Program-made: the position numbers and the translations under genes
Notes under the pieces: model-generated
Databases searched by the model: none
Seen by the model: only the letters and a program-made list of their open reading frames with translations
Told to the model about the DNA's origin: nothing
Shown here: piece after piece, positions 10,003 to 19,819 of the stretch
Numbering within the stretch: the first letter of the stretch is position 1
Layout: every line of letters begins with the position of its first letter
DNA from: Halobacteriovoraceae bacterium
GTDB taxonomy: Bacteria; Bdellovibrionota; Bacteriovoracia; Bacteriovoracales; Bacteriovoracaceae
NCBI GenBank assembly: GCA_963719505.1
Contig: CAVRCF010000001.1
Coordinates: forward strand, 512,001-576,000
Length of the DNA stretch: 64,000 nt
Direction: 5' to 3'

Positions 10003-10485
10003 CTATAAAATTTTTTGCATGATAAGCACATCTACATATCGATCAAATTTAAACCCAACCTCATTCATGACACCAACCTCGGTAAATCCAAATTTTTTAT
10101 GAAGGTGAATACTCGAGGCAGACTCTGTTGTGATTCTTGAAAGAATACTGTGCAGCCCAAGTGCTTTTGCTCTTTTGATTAAATCTTCCATCAATTCCGT
10201 GGCGATTCCTCTGCCGTGAAAGGCCGGGTCCACATAGACAGATATTTCAACTGTAGTATCGTAAGCCGATCTATCTGAGTACTTTTTTAGGCAAGCCCAA
10301 CCCGTTACAACACTCTCTTGCAGAGAAACAACAAGGGGAAGTTCGTCAAATGAGCTAAGAAAGTCTGTGTAATTTTCGAGAGTTTTTGTTTCTTGATCTA
10401 GAGTTGCGGTTGTGTTTGTGACGGCCCAATTATAGATTGAGATAATGGATTCAAAGTGTTTTTCTGAAGCATTAGTAAGGGTCAT
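10003..10485 (-). CDS. phosphinothricin/methionine-sulfoximine N-acetyltransferase family GNAT
   Basis: IYN...AT, E.SVYV....GRGIA, SIHLHKKFGF..VG...EVGFKFDRYVDV. Start placed at the ATG just past the rpoZ terminator. Confidence 0.85.
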   Translation of the reverse strand: MTLTNASEKHFESIISIYNWAVTNTTATLDQETKTLENYTDFLSSFDELPLVVSLQESVVTGWACLKKYSDRSAYDTTVEISVYVDPAFHGRGIATELMEDLIKRAKALGLHSILSRITTESASSIHLHKKFGFTEVGVMNEVGFKFDRYVDVLIMQKIL

Positions 10486-10510
10486 AAAAAAAGCCCTCAT
10501 AAGAGGGCCT
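10486..10510 (-). terminator. intrinsic terminator after rpoZ
   Basis: Minus strand GCCCTC-ttat-GAGGGC followed by T7. Confidence 0.75.
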
Positions 10511-10523
10511 AGATATCTTTATT

Positions 10524-10736
10524 TTAAAATTCGTCTGAATCGTATTCTTCAACAGGTGCATGAGATACTTTACCAGCTGCAATCTCTCTTAAAGCTGTAA
10601 CAATATCTTTGTTTTTACTTTTAACAAGACGCTCATCACCTTCTCTTAATTGCTTAACTCTTTTTACAGTTAAGTGAACTAATTCGTATCTATTTTCAAC
10701 ATTTTCTAAACAGTCTTCGATTGTTACACGAGCCAT
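10524..10736 (-). CDS. rpoZ: RNA polymerase omega subunit
   Basis: MARVTIEDCL..V.NRYELV and ALREIAAGKV. Confidence 0.96.
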   Translation of the reverse strand: MARVTIEDCLENVENRYELVHLTVKRVKQLREGDERLVKSKNKDIVTALREIAAGKVSHAPVEEYDSDEF

Positions 10737-10770
10737 TGGTTACCCCATTTTTAAATTACTTGAACATAAC

Positions 10771-10799
10771 TTTATAGATATAATCTATTTAATTGTCAA
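10771..10799 (-). promoter_or_regulatory. sigma70-type promoter for rpoZ
   Basis: Minus strand TTGACA-N17-TATAAA. Confidence 0.5.
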
Positions 10800-10802
10800 A
10801 GG

Positions 10803-12602
10803 TTAATCCTGATACAGCGAGTTAATATCATCGGCATAATCTTTAATAAGAAGCTTCTTTTTCACTTTGAGAGAGGGAGTGAGGTAGTTATCTGTGGATA
10901 AATCCATCTTTATAAGTTTGAATTTTTTAATCGTTTCAAAAGAGGCGAGATCAGAATTCACTTTATCGATCTCCTTTTGAATAAAATCAACTACTTCTTG
11001 CTCTTTTTCTATTGTTACTTCATCCCATTTTTCAATATCAAAGGAAGCTTTATCGACAGTAATCAGTGCACTTAGAAACTTCTGTCTATCTCCAACCACT
11101 ACAACTTGGTCAATTGAAGGCGAAAGTTTCAAGATGTTTTCAATTTTTTGAGGTGCGACATTTTTTCCAGCACTTGTGACGATAATATCTTTTTTGCGGC
11201 CAGTAATTTGGAGGTAACCATTTTCATCAAATGATCCAAGGTCTCCGGTTTTAAACCAACCTTCAGAATCTAGTGCAGCATCAGTCTCTTTTTGGTTCTG
11301 ATAGTACTCTTTAAAAAGAGCTTTAGACCGAATGAGAATTTCACCGTCCTCTAAGAATTTAACTTCAACGTCACCTACGGGCTTTCCTACAGTTCCACCT
11401 CTTTGTTTCTCAAAAGGGTTAAGGACACATGGAGCGATCGTCTCAGTTAGGCCATAGCCTTCTATAAGCGTTAATCCTGAGTTTCTTAGAAAAAAGATAA
11501 TCTCTTTAGAGATGGGAGCGCCACCAGAGATGAAATACCTTATTCTCCCACCAAATTTTTGATAGATTTTATCTGTGACTAGTTTTTTCGCCAAATTGAA
11601 TTGAAGTATTTCAAGAGTATCTGGAGTCTTATCTTTCTCGATTTTGTTGTAATAGTTATTAGTGCAGTCCATTGCCCAATTAAAGAGTGATTTTTTCACA
11701 ATACCAGAACTCTCTAGGTCCAATTGAACTTTTTCAAAGATCTTTTCAAAAATTCTTGGAACCGCAATCATAAAGGTTGGTCTTACCAGTGAAATATTGG
11801 AGAAGAGTTTATCTATAGACTCGGCATACACAGTAAGACATCCAAAGTTTAAATTGAGGAGGGAATCGCACCTTCCTAAAACATGGGATAAGGGTAAAAA
11901 AACAAGACTGATATCATTTTTTGTTAATGATGTTTTTGCAAAAGACTTAATATTGAACAACATTGCGATGAGAGCACCGTGAGTAATAACGGCACCTTTT
12001 GGCTCACCTGTTGTTCCTGAAGTGTAGACAATTGTTGCAATATTTTGTTCATGTGTCTGGGCAACTTTAGCTTCAAATACATCTGGATTTGCATTTAGCT
12101 CTTGAACACCGAGCTCCGTCAAACTTTTATAGTCGACAAGATGAACAAGATCGCTAACCTTGGAACTCAGTTCACTACTGACTTTGTCCAAAGTTATTAT
12201 CATTTTGATTTCTTTAAGATCGCCTAAGACCTCACTCACTTTTTGAAGTTGCTTCTCATCTTCGACAATCACTATTTTTGTTTGAGTTTGGTTGAGAATA
12301 AATTTAATTTCTTCTGGTTTGTAGGTGTGGTAGACAGGTACTGTAATAGCGCCAGATGACATTATCGCAAGGTCAAGGACATTCCATTCCATTCTGGTAT
12401 CTGATAAGATCCCAACTTTGTCTTGGGCCACTAACCCGTTCTTAGCAAGGGCAAGACTTATACCCTCAATCATTTTTCTGTACTGCTCAAAGCTTGTCTT
12501 TTGAACGAGTCCATCTTGAATTGATCCAATGGCAAAGTCAGATGGGTTCTTCTTCACTCTATCTAAAAGTAAATGTCCTATGGTATTTTTGATAAGTTTC
12601 AA
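10803..12602 (-). CDS. long-chain fatty acyl-CoA ligase (AMP-binding family)
   Basis: YTSGTTGEPKG, EGYGLTET, GWFKTGDLG, GRKKDIIVTSAGKNVAP. Confidence 0.93.
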   Translation of the reverse strand: MKLIKNTIGHLLLDRVKKNPSDFAIGSIQDGLVQKTSFEQYRKMIEGISLALAKNGLVAQDKVGILSDTRMEWNVLDLAIMSSGAITVPVYHTYKPEEIKFILNQTQTKIVIVEDEKQLQKVSEVLGDLKEIKMIITLDKVSSELSSKVSDLVHLVDYKSLTELGVQELNANPDVFEAKVAQTHEQNIATIVYTSGTTGEPKGAVITHGALIAMLFNIKSFAKTSLTKNDISLVFLPLSHVLGRCDSLLNLNFGCLTVYAESIDKLFSNISLVRPTFMIAVPRIFEKIFEKVQLDLESSGIVKKSLFNWAMDCTNNYYNKIEKDKTPDTLEILQFNLAKKLVTDKIYQKFGGRIRYFISGGAPISKEIIFFLRNSGLTLIEGYGLTETIAPCVLNPFEKQRGGTVGKPVGDVEVKFLEDGEILIRSKALFKEYYQNQKETDAALDSEGWFKTGDLGSFDENGYLQITGRKKDIIVTSAGKNVAPQKIENILKLSPSIDQVVVVGDRQKFLSALITVDKASFDIEKWDEVTIEKEQEVVDFIQKEIDKVNSDLASFETIKKFKLIKMDLSTDNYLTPSLKVKKKLLIKDYADDINSLYQD

Positions 12603-12686
12603 CTTCGCATCCTCAGTAAATCAACGTCTTAAAGCCTACATGGTCAAATTATTATTTGCAAGATGAGGGCCCTAGGGGACTGTTTT

Positions 12687-12902
12687 ATGAAATTATATCT
12701 AATATCAACCTGTATTAAAATAAATAAACGCTATTCAATCTTTCACTTTAAAGGTTATTACATGGGGGAGAGAATAAATGAGGTCTTTGTGGATAGTAAA
12801 GAGTTTACTGTTGGCGGTGAGTACTTGGTAAAGCTAAAAGCCAAGCAAGTTTTAAGCTCTAGTCTCTATGGAGAAGTCTTAAAGTTCAAAAAGCTTAACT
12901 AG
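12687..12902 (+). CDS. small hypothetical protein
   Basis: GGGG SD-like sequence before ATG 12687; fills the gap between neighbours and overlaps the next stop by 4 nt. Confidence 0.45.
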   Translation: MKLYLISTCIKINKRYSIFHFKGYYMGERINEVFVDSKEFTVGGEYLVKLKAKQVLSSSLYGEVLKFKKLN

Positions 12903-13291
12903 CTATTAGTATTAACGGAGACGTGGTCACCTATCATAAAACCTTTCAGGTGGATAAGAGGAGTCTCTTGTTCGTCTTTGAGCTCTGTCATAATTCCAAT
13001 AGCAGCTTCATCATCTGAGTGTAGAACTTTGATTTCGCCAATTTTTACTTTGTAGTTTACTCTTTTGAGGTTTTCATATGGATTGGACCTTGAAATAACT
13101 CTGAACACGTCTAATACCGTACCTTCACTAACACCTTGATTGGTACCTATATTGAGGTAGAAATTCTTTTTGGTCACTTCGTTCTCATAGCCCATTGGAA
13201 TTTCTTCAGCGACACTATAGATCAGATGATCTCTAGCGAAAGCGCTAAGTGATAATAAGAATAGAAAAATCGTAATGCAGGTTGTTTTCAT
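12899..13291 (-). CDS. secreted hypothetical protein (beta-rich)
   Basis: Signal peptide MKTTCITIFLFLLSLSAFA, AAGGA SD and a sigma28-like promoter upstream. Confidence 0.75.
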   Translation of the reverse strand: MKTTCITIFLFLLSLSAFARDHLIYSVAEEIPMGYENEVTKKNFYLNIGTNQGVSEGTVLDVFRVISRSNPYENLKRVNYKVKIGEIKVLHSDDEAAIGIMTELKDEQETPLIHLKGFMIGDHVSVNTNS

Positions 13292-13330
13292 GTCTCTCTT
13301 TCCTTGAGCCAATAAGTTGTTCACACTTAC

Positions 13331-13357
13331 TTATCGACCATTGTGGAAAAAGATTAA
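13331..13357 (-). promoter_or_regulatory. sigma28-type promoter
   Basis: Minus strand TTAAT-N14-GTCGATAA. Confidence 0.5.
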
Positions 13358-13403
13358 GTTTATAGGAAAAATATTCTCTATATCAAACTAAAACACTCGG
13401 TCA

Positions 13404-15116
13404 TTATTCAACTTTTAAATATTTATAATTGTTGTAGATCAAATCTGACTGTCTAAAATTTTTGATAGTGTCGTGAGACAAGATATAGTTCCTAGAATAA
13501 TACTGCATAATCCAAGGAAGCTTCTTGTGGACGATATCCTCAATTTCTTTAAGTATTTGATTTTTTTCTAATTCAGAGCTGGCTTCATTATACTTGAGGA
13601 AAAGGGCATCGACTTTCTTACTTGAAAAATAAGTAGAATTTGGACCAGGAGAATGGTTTTTAGTCAGGAGTAGTTGAAGTGTATTTTCAGCATCTGGATA
13701 GTCCATTGCCCAACCACCTTGCCAAAACTGCAATTGACCAGTTCTAGCTTTGGTTAAGAATCCAGGAAAGCTATTAACATTAATTTTAACTTTTATATCA
13801 ACTTTCTCTAGCTCAATCTTTATAAACTCTGCCATCTGTTTTGAAACCAATGAATTTCCCCTTACATCATACTGAAGTTCAGGAAGACCTCGACCTTTGG
13901 GATATCCAGCTTCAGCTAAAAGTTTTTTGGCCTTTGATGGATTGTAGGAATAGGGAGTTTTTCTCGAAGGATCGTATCCTGGAACTCCCGGAGGATAAAT
14001 TGAATTTGCTTTAAGTGAAATATTATTTGAAAAAACTTTTATATATTTTTCGATATCGACGGCATGGGCAATTGCAGAACGAAGTTTGTAGTTTTTACCA
14101 ACGACTTTATCCTTCATATTGAAGGCCAGCCACCAGTAAGTGAGAGTTGGCTCCACTTGCAGGTTTATACCCTTCTCTTTAAATTCTTTTTTTAAGCTAC
14201 CTTCTTGATTCAAAACAATAGGGAAGTGATCTTTAGTGAGAACAATAAAATCTAATTTTCCTGATAAGAAGTTTAGCCATCTGGTTTGAGCTTCTTTAAT
14301 AATATTAAATTTTACTCCTTGAATAAAAGGAATACTTTTTCCCTTGTCAGCTAAAAGATTATTCTCATAAGAGGTTCTATCCCCTTTGTTGGGATAGGTA
14401 CTTGGGTGATAATCTGTAAAACGAGTAAGAGTAATATTTAAATTCTTGTTCCATTCTTTTAAATAAAAGGGACCTGTACCAATTGAGCCTTGAGTAAGAT
14501 CATTTTTGGTGGCCCTAATAACTTCTTCTGTGACTGGAGTTGTAAACGACATTGCTAGAGCAAAAAGTATTTGGGGATAAGGTTTTATCAACTTTATGAC
14601 AAGAGTGTGGTCATTTAAAGCTTTTAGCCCTTCAATATCAAGGGAAAAGAATTTGGACATATCATTTCCAGCCTTAGCTCGAAACTCATTTAGGCCTACA
14701 ATCTTCTCATCAAATAGCCACCATCCGTTACTTTTAGTCGGTTTGAAAGCAAGCCTTTTAATTTGGTTTATAAAGTCTTGAGCTTTGAGGGTTCTGTCTT
14801 TTTTTAAGTGTGGAGAGTCATGAAACTTAATATTTTTTTTAATTTTTATCGTATACTTCAGTCCCTCGTTTTCAATCATAGGCATTTCTTGCGCCAATAA
14901 GGGTTTAAGGTGATAAGGTCTAATCAGATAATCGTATTCAAAAAGAGTCTCATGGATTTGATAGATCACTTCAGCCGAGACGGTGTCATATGACATTGCG
15001 GGGTCTAAAGTAGGAACGTTGGTTGAGAGTGCGACGTTGATATATTTTTTCTTTGTCGATTCTATTTCTTCGCATGAAGCAAAGACAATAGTGAGGAGGA
15101 GAAATACTATTTTCAT
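13404..15116 (-). CDS. OppA/DppA-family ABC transporter substrate-binding lipoprotein
   Basis: Lipobox FASC, TLDPA, GTGPF and WAMDYPD motifs. Confidence 0.9.
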   Translation of the reverse strand: MKIVFLLLTIVFASCEEIESTKKKYINVALSTNVPTLDPAMSYDTVSAEVIYQIHETLFEYDYLIRPYHLKPLLAQEMPMIENEGLKYTIKIKKNIKFHDSPHLKKDRTLKAQDFINQIKRLAFKPTKSNGWWLFDEKIVGLNEFRAKAGNDMSKFFSLDIEGLKALNDHTLVIKLIKPYPQILFALAMSFTTPVTEEVIRATKNDLTQGSIGTGPFYLKEWNKNLNITLTRFTDYHPSTYPNKGDRTSYENNLLADKGKSIPFIQGVKFNIIKEAQTRWLNFLSGKLDFIVLTKDHFPIVLNQEGSLKKEFKEKGINLQVEPTLTYWWLAFNMKDKVVGKNYKLRSAIAHAVDIEKYIKVFSNNISLKANSIYPPGVPGYDPSRKTPYSYNPSKAKKLLAEAGYPKGRGLPELQYDVRGNSLVSKQMAEFIKIELEKVDIKVKINVNSFPGFLTKARTGQLQFWQGGWAMDYPDAENTLQLLLTKNHSPGPNSTYFSSKKVDALFLKYNEASSELEKNQILKEIEDIVHKKLPWIMQYYSRNYILSHDTIKNFRQSDLIYNNYKYLKVE

Positions 15117-17713
15117 TATAAAGCCTTGAGTTGTTCTTCTACTTTAAGAAGAAATTGTTCAGTTTTTCCAATAGAGCCAGATCCCTGTGCCATATCTGGG
15201 CGACCGCCACCACGTCCATCAACAATAGCTTGAGCATTCTTTATGACCGCTGAACAATTAATCGACTTGTTAGACTTGTGAGTTCTTAAAATATAGGAGA
15301 GCTTCTCGCTGTCTTCTGTGTAAATGAGTAAAACATCTTTTTCATTTTGATCTACAAATTTATCAGAAAGGTTTCGAAACTCCTTAGGGTCTCCATCTTT
15401 TAGATGGACACTTACGAGTCCAAAATCTTTTCCTATATCTTTTGTATTATTGAAAAGACTTTTTCCTTGGGCTGATTGAATTTTATCTTTTAGTCCCTTA
15501 ATTCTTTTGCTTTTAGCTTTGAGGTCACTTTGAAGTGCCTCAATCTTTTTGAGAACCTCGTCACCTTTGACGGAAAAATCGAGTTCTATTTGCGATAAAA
15601 TCTTTGATCTTTTATTGAGATAATTAAAAGCGGAAGAGCTTACGAAAGCCTCAATTCTTCTTACTCCACTTGAAAGTGAGGTCTCAAAATTAATGACAAA
15701 CTGACCAATTTCTTTTGTCGATGAAACGTGTGTTCCTCCACACAACTCAATAGAGAAGTCTCCCATTTCTAAAACTCTAACTTCATCACCATACTTTTCA
15801 CCAAAAAGTGCCATGGCTCCTTTTTGGTTAGCTTCATCTTTGGTCATTACTGATGCTGTAACATCTAAGTCTTCTTGAATCTTTAAATTAACAAGCTTTT
15901 CAATAGATGTAATTTGTTTCTTTGTTAGTGCTTCGGGGTGTGTAAAATCAAAACGTAAACGATCAAATGAAACACTTGAACCAGCCTGTTTTACGTGATC
16001 TCCAAGAACATTAATAAGAGCAGCTTGAAGAAGGTGAGTTGCTGAGTGATGATAAGTCGTTTGCTGTCTTGTGCCTTTGGACACGACAAGATCTGCAGTC
16101 TCACCGACTTTTAGTGTCGAACAGTCTTGTGTTGTGATATGTGCGAATAAGCCTTCTACAGGCTTAATTGTATCAACGATGTCAATCGAACCATTGATGC
16201 TTCCTTTGTCACCAGCTTGTCCACCACCCTCACCATAAAAAGGTGTCTTGTCGAAAAATAGATAAGTCGTATCTTCAACAATTTCTTTGTGAAGTAATTT
16301 AGATTTCGCATTCAATTCTTTGTAACCAGTAAAGACGGTTTCACCAATAGATTCTTTAATCTTATAGAAAACTTCAATATTCGAATCGTCAGCGGCAAAC
16401 TTATTTGTTTTTCTTGAACTTTTTCTTTGTTCTTCCATTGATTCTTCAAAACCAGAAGTGTCTATTTCTATCTTTCTTTCCTTTAAAATGACCTCTGTTA
16501 GATCAAAAGGGAAGCCGTAAGTGTCGTATAGTTTGAAGGCTATCTCTCCAGGAAATACATTGTTTTTGATATTGGGAATTTCCTTTTTTATAAGATCCAA
16601 CCCTGTCTTAAGCGTTTGTCTAAACTTGTCTTCTTCAATCTTTAATAATTTTTCTGCTAAAGAGGCGTTGGCCTGGTTTTGTGGATATTCATTTGCAAGA
16701 GATTCAAAAACTGATGGAACAAGTTGATAAAACTTAGAGTCACTCACCCCAAGCTCTTCCATATTTCTGATGGCTCTTCTAATAATCCTTCTGAGAACAT
16801 AGCCTCTGCCATCACTTGCTGGCATAACTCCATCAGTGATAAGCATTGTGGCTGACCTTATATGATCGGCGATGACTCGCATGCTTGAAGTGTATTTTGT
16901 GTCGCTATACTTTTTGCCAGATAGTTTTTCAATGGCGTTTATAATAGGGGTGAATGCATCAGAATCGTAGTTCCAGTATACATTTTGCATAACAGCTGCA
17001 ATTCTTTCAAGGCCGGCTCCCGTATCGACCGAAGGTTTTGGAAGACTTCTTCTTTTTATGTCAGAGCCCTCTTTGTACTTTTCATATTGCATGAAAACGA
17101 GATTCCAGATTTCTACGTACCGTCCCTCATCGTTTAAAAGGCACTCGCTAGTGTCAGCTCCATCAGAATATGCTTCTCCGTGATCATAAAAAATTTCACT
17201 ACAAGGACCACAAGGACCTGTGTCACCCATCTCCCAGAAGTTATCCTTGTCTCCGAGAAAGAAAATTTTCTCTTTAGGGACACCCTCTTGTTCCATCCAA
17301 ATATCAGCGGCTTCTTGATCAGTGGTATGCACAGTCACATATAACTTTTCCTCAGGTATTTTTAATTCCTTCGTTAGAAATTTCCATGCAAAGTGGATAG
17401 CTTCTTTTTTAAAGTAGTCGCCAAAGGAGAAGTTTCCACACATTTCAAAAAAAGTATGGTGCCTGGCCGTGAATCCAACGTTTTCAAGGTCATTGTGCTT
17501 ACCTCCGGCCCTAACACATTTTTGAATGGTTGTGGCTCTTGGATTGCTGGCTTGGGCTTTGCCGGTAAAATAGTCCTTAAACTGATTCATTCCAGCATTT
17601 GCAAAAAGAAGAGTTGGGTCGTTTTGGGGAACTAGTGAAGAAGACTCCAGTTTGTCATGTCCATTATCGGTAAAAAATTTTGTAAATCGATCTCTAATTT
17701 CTTGAGCTTTCAT
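15116..17713 (-). CDS. alaS: alanine--tRNA ligase
   Basis: DPTLLFANAGMNQFK, HHTFFEM, HSATHLL, ELCGGTHV, GGGRPDMAQG. Confidence 0.98.
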   Translation of the reverse strand: MKAQEIRDRFTKFFTDNGHDKLESSSLVPQNDPTLLFANAGMNQFKDYFTGKAQASNPRATTIQKCVRAGGKHNDLENVGFTARHHTFFEMCGNFSFGDYFKKEAIHFAWKFLTKELKIPEEKLYVTVHTTDQEAADIWMEQEGVPKEKIFFLGDKDNFWEMGDTGPCGPCSEIFYDHGEAYSDGADTSECLLNDEGRYVEIWNLVFMQYEKYKEGSDIKRRSLPKPSVDTGAGLERIAAVMQNVYWNYDSDAFTPIINAIEKLSGKKYSDTKYTSSMRVIADHIRSATMLITDGVMPASDGRGYVLRRIIRRAIRNMEELGVSDSKFYQLVPSVFESLANEYPQNQANASLAEKLLKIEEDKFRQTLKTGLDLIKKEIPNIKNNVFPGEIAFKLYDTYGFPFDLTEVILKERKIEIDTSGFEESMEEQRKSSRKTNKFAADDSNIEVFYKIKESIGETVFTGYKELNAKSKLLHKEIVEDTTYLFFDKTPFYGEGGGQAGDKGSINGSIDIVDTIKPVEGLFAHITTQDCSTLKVGETADLVVSKGTRQQTTYHHSATHLLQAALINVLGDHVKQAGSSVSFDRLRFDFTHPEALTKKQITSIEKLVNLKIQEDLDVTASVMTKDEANQKGAMALFGEKYGDEVRVLEMGDFSIELCGGTHVSSTKEIGQFVINFETSLSSGVRRIEAFVSSSAFNYLNKRSKILSQIELDFSVKGDEVLKKIEALQSDLKAKSKRIKGLKDKIQSAQGKSLFNNTKDIGKDFGLVSVHLKDGDPKEFRNLSDKFVDQNEKDVLLIYTEDSEKLSYILRTHKSNKSINCSAVIKNAQAIVDGRGGGRPDMAQGSGSIGKTEQFLLKVEEQLKAL

Positions 17714-17819
17714 GCCTCTCCTACTAAAAAATAACTACATTATTTTTAACACATTTCGCTTCTTAATGAAATTTTGAAATTTAGGCTTTTACGCGATTCT
17801 ATGGCAAAATAGTTCTACT

Positions 17820-18812
17820 ATGAAAATTACAGTGATCATATTAACCCATCATCGTCTGGAGCTCGTCAGGGCTTGCTTAAAAAGTATCGAAGAGCAACAC
17901 TTTGTGCCTTATGAATTAGAAATTGTTGCACTGCTTAACGGCCAAGATCAGGAAACATTCGATTATTTGCAGAACTATCAAAATCTAAATGAAAGCTTTA
18001 AATTCAGTGCCTTAGATCAATCCGTTCCCGTCGGTGAAGCGAGGAATATCCTCATTGAGCATTCCACAGGAGAATATATTTGCTTTATTGATGACGACGT
18101 AGAACTCCCACCAAACTATTTTAAGCTGGCCAGTCAGATCATTGAAAACGACAGTCAAATCGATGTTTTTGGTGGCCCCGACCAGATGAAAGATTCTAGC
18201 TCAGTCTTTCAAGAGGTTCTCTCAAGTGTCATGGAAAGCTTTTTTGCTATGGGCCCGACTGCGAAAAGGCATAGCAAAAAATTTCAAGTCCAAAAGGGTT
18301 CAGAAATAAATCTTATTTTGTGTAATCTTTGGATGAAAAAAGAAATTTTCTCACAAGGATACAAATTTCCCAGTGGCTTTCGAAGAAATGAAGAAAATAT
18401 TTTAATTGCCCATCTACAAAGAGACGGTAAGAAACTTATTTATAACCCTGAACTCTTTGTTTACCATGAAAGAAAGAGTTCAATTAAGAAACTAATAAAA
18501 GTGACCTATTTGTCTGGTCAATTTAGAACTTATGGCTTTTTTAAAGAGCCGGCGACATTTAACTTCGTTTTTATGATTCCACAAATCTTTCTTTCACTTT
18601 TTATAATTTTTAGGTTCATGGGTCCTGCGTTTATTAAAGTCTACTGCCTCGCATACCTCCTTACTATCTGTTTAATAGCAATTTTTCTTGTAAGAAGAAA
18701 GTTTTCAATACCCAAGGCTATATCAGCTATGCTTATACTTATGAGCTATCATTTTTCATATTCGATTGGACAGTTTAGTGGTTATGTAAAAAAGTTAAGA
18801 GAGGTTTTATGA
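17820..18812 (+). CDS. family 2 glycosyltransferase with C-terminal TM helices
   Basis: GEARN, FIDDD (DxD motif) and a hydrophobic C-terminus. Confidence 0.9.
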   Translation: MKITVIILTHHRLELVRACLKSIEEQHFVPYELEIVALLNGQDQETFDYLQNYQNLNESFKFSALDQSVPVGEARNILIEHSTGEYICFIDDDVELPPNYFKLASQIIENDSQIDVFGGPDQMKDSSSVFQEVLSSVMESFFAMGPTAKRHSKKFQVQKGSEINLILCNLWMKKEIFSQGYKFPSGFRRNEENILIAHLQRDGKKLIYNPELFVYHERKSSIKKLIKVTYLSGQFRTYGFFKEPATFNFVFMIPQIFLSLFIIFRFMGPAFIKVYCLAYLLTICLIAIFLVRRKFSIPKAISAMLILMSYHFSYSIGQFSGYVKKLREVL

Positions 18813-19819
18813 AAACAAGTTATACCTTTTTTGGATTTAAAGTCCTGGTTAGATCAGAAGAAGAAGAATTGATAAAAGTTATCGACCAAAATTTTTCTCT
18901 TTTTAAGAATAATGACAACAGTTCTGCAGATCTTATTATTGATGCGTCCTTGGACGTAAGCCTCGAAGGTAAAATTCCAAATGATCTCGTTTCAATAAAA
19001 CAGTCTATCAACTCTGTTAGTTACCAAGAAAATAGTGTGAGATACAATGACTACTATGGGAAAGCTATAACTAAGATTGATTACGCCGAAAATAAAGCTG
19101 AGATTTGGGCAAGTGATTTAAACAGCCTCCACGAACTAACTTACCTTTTAATAATGTCAAGACAGGGGAAGTGGTGTGACAAAAAAGGAATTCATAAAAT
19201 CCATGCCATGGGAATAAAAGGGGAAAATAAGAATCTTTTACTCATGCTTCCTATGAAAGGTGGAAAGTCTACAATGTTTGCAAGATTTTTGAGCGAGACA
19301 GAATTCAGTCTTATATCTGATGATTCTCCTGTTATTAATCATGATGGCAGTGTCTCGAATTTCAATATTAGATTTGGTTTAGAAAACAAACCCATGTATG
19401 AACCTTTATTAAGCAAGATTGATAAGCAATACGTTTTTTCCCTCTTTAGAGAGCAATATGGAGAAAAAACTTTAATTGATTTTAAGGCGTTTGAAAGTAG
19501 GATTGAAGAGCCTCACCTTGAGTCAATACTGATACAAGGTGTACGGGTTAATAATGATAAAATAGAAATAAAAAAAATAAATAAGATAAGAATGTTTAAT
19601 TATGTTTTTATCAATATGACTATTGGTGTTGGACTTCCAATGATCATTGAATACTTTATTGAGAATAGCCTTCGGGATCACGCTGGCAATATCCTAATTT
19701 TTTTAAAAAGGCTCAAAGCAAGTCTTATGTTGATCGCTCGTTCAGATTGTTACTTTGCCCTAATGGGAAAAGACATACAGAAGAATTTTAAAGCATTAGA
19801 GGCTTTAGCGAGGAAGTGA
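18809..19819 (+). CDS. HPr-kinase-related P-loop protein
   Basis: IHA...LLLMLPMKGGKST and LISDD motifs. Confidence 0.6.
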   Translation: MKTSYTFFGFKVLVRSEEEELIKVIDQNFSLFKNNDNSSADLIIDASLDVSLEGKIPNDLVSIKQSINSVSYQENSVRYNDYYGKAITKIDYAENKAEIWASDLNSLHELTYLLIMSRQGKWCDKKGIHKIHAMGIKGENKNLLLMLPMKGGKSTMFARFLSETEFSLISDDSPVINHDGSVSNFNIRFGLENKPMYEPLLSKIDKQYVFSLFREQYGEKTLIDFKAFESRIEEPHLESILIQGVRVNNDKIEIKKINKIRMFNYVFINMTIGVGLPMIIEYFIENSLRDHAGNILIFLKRLKASLMLIARSDCYFALMGKDIQKNFKALEALARK

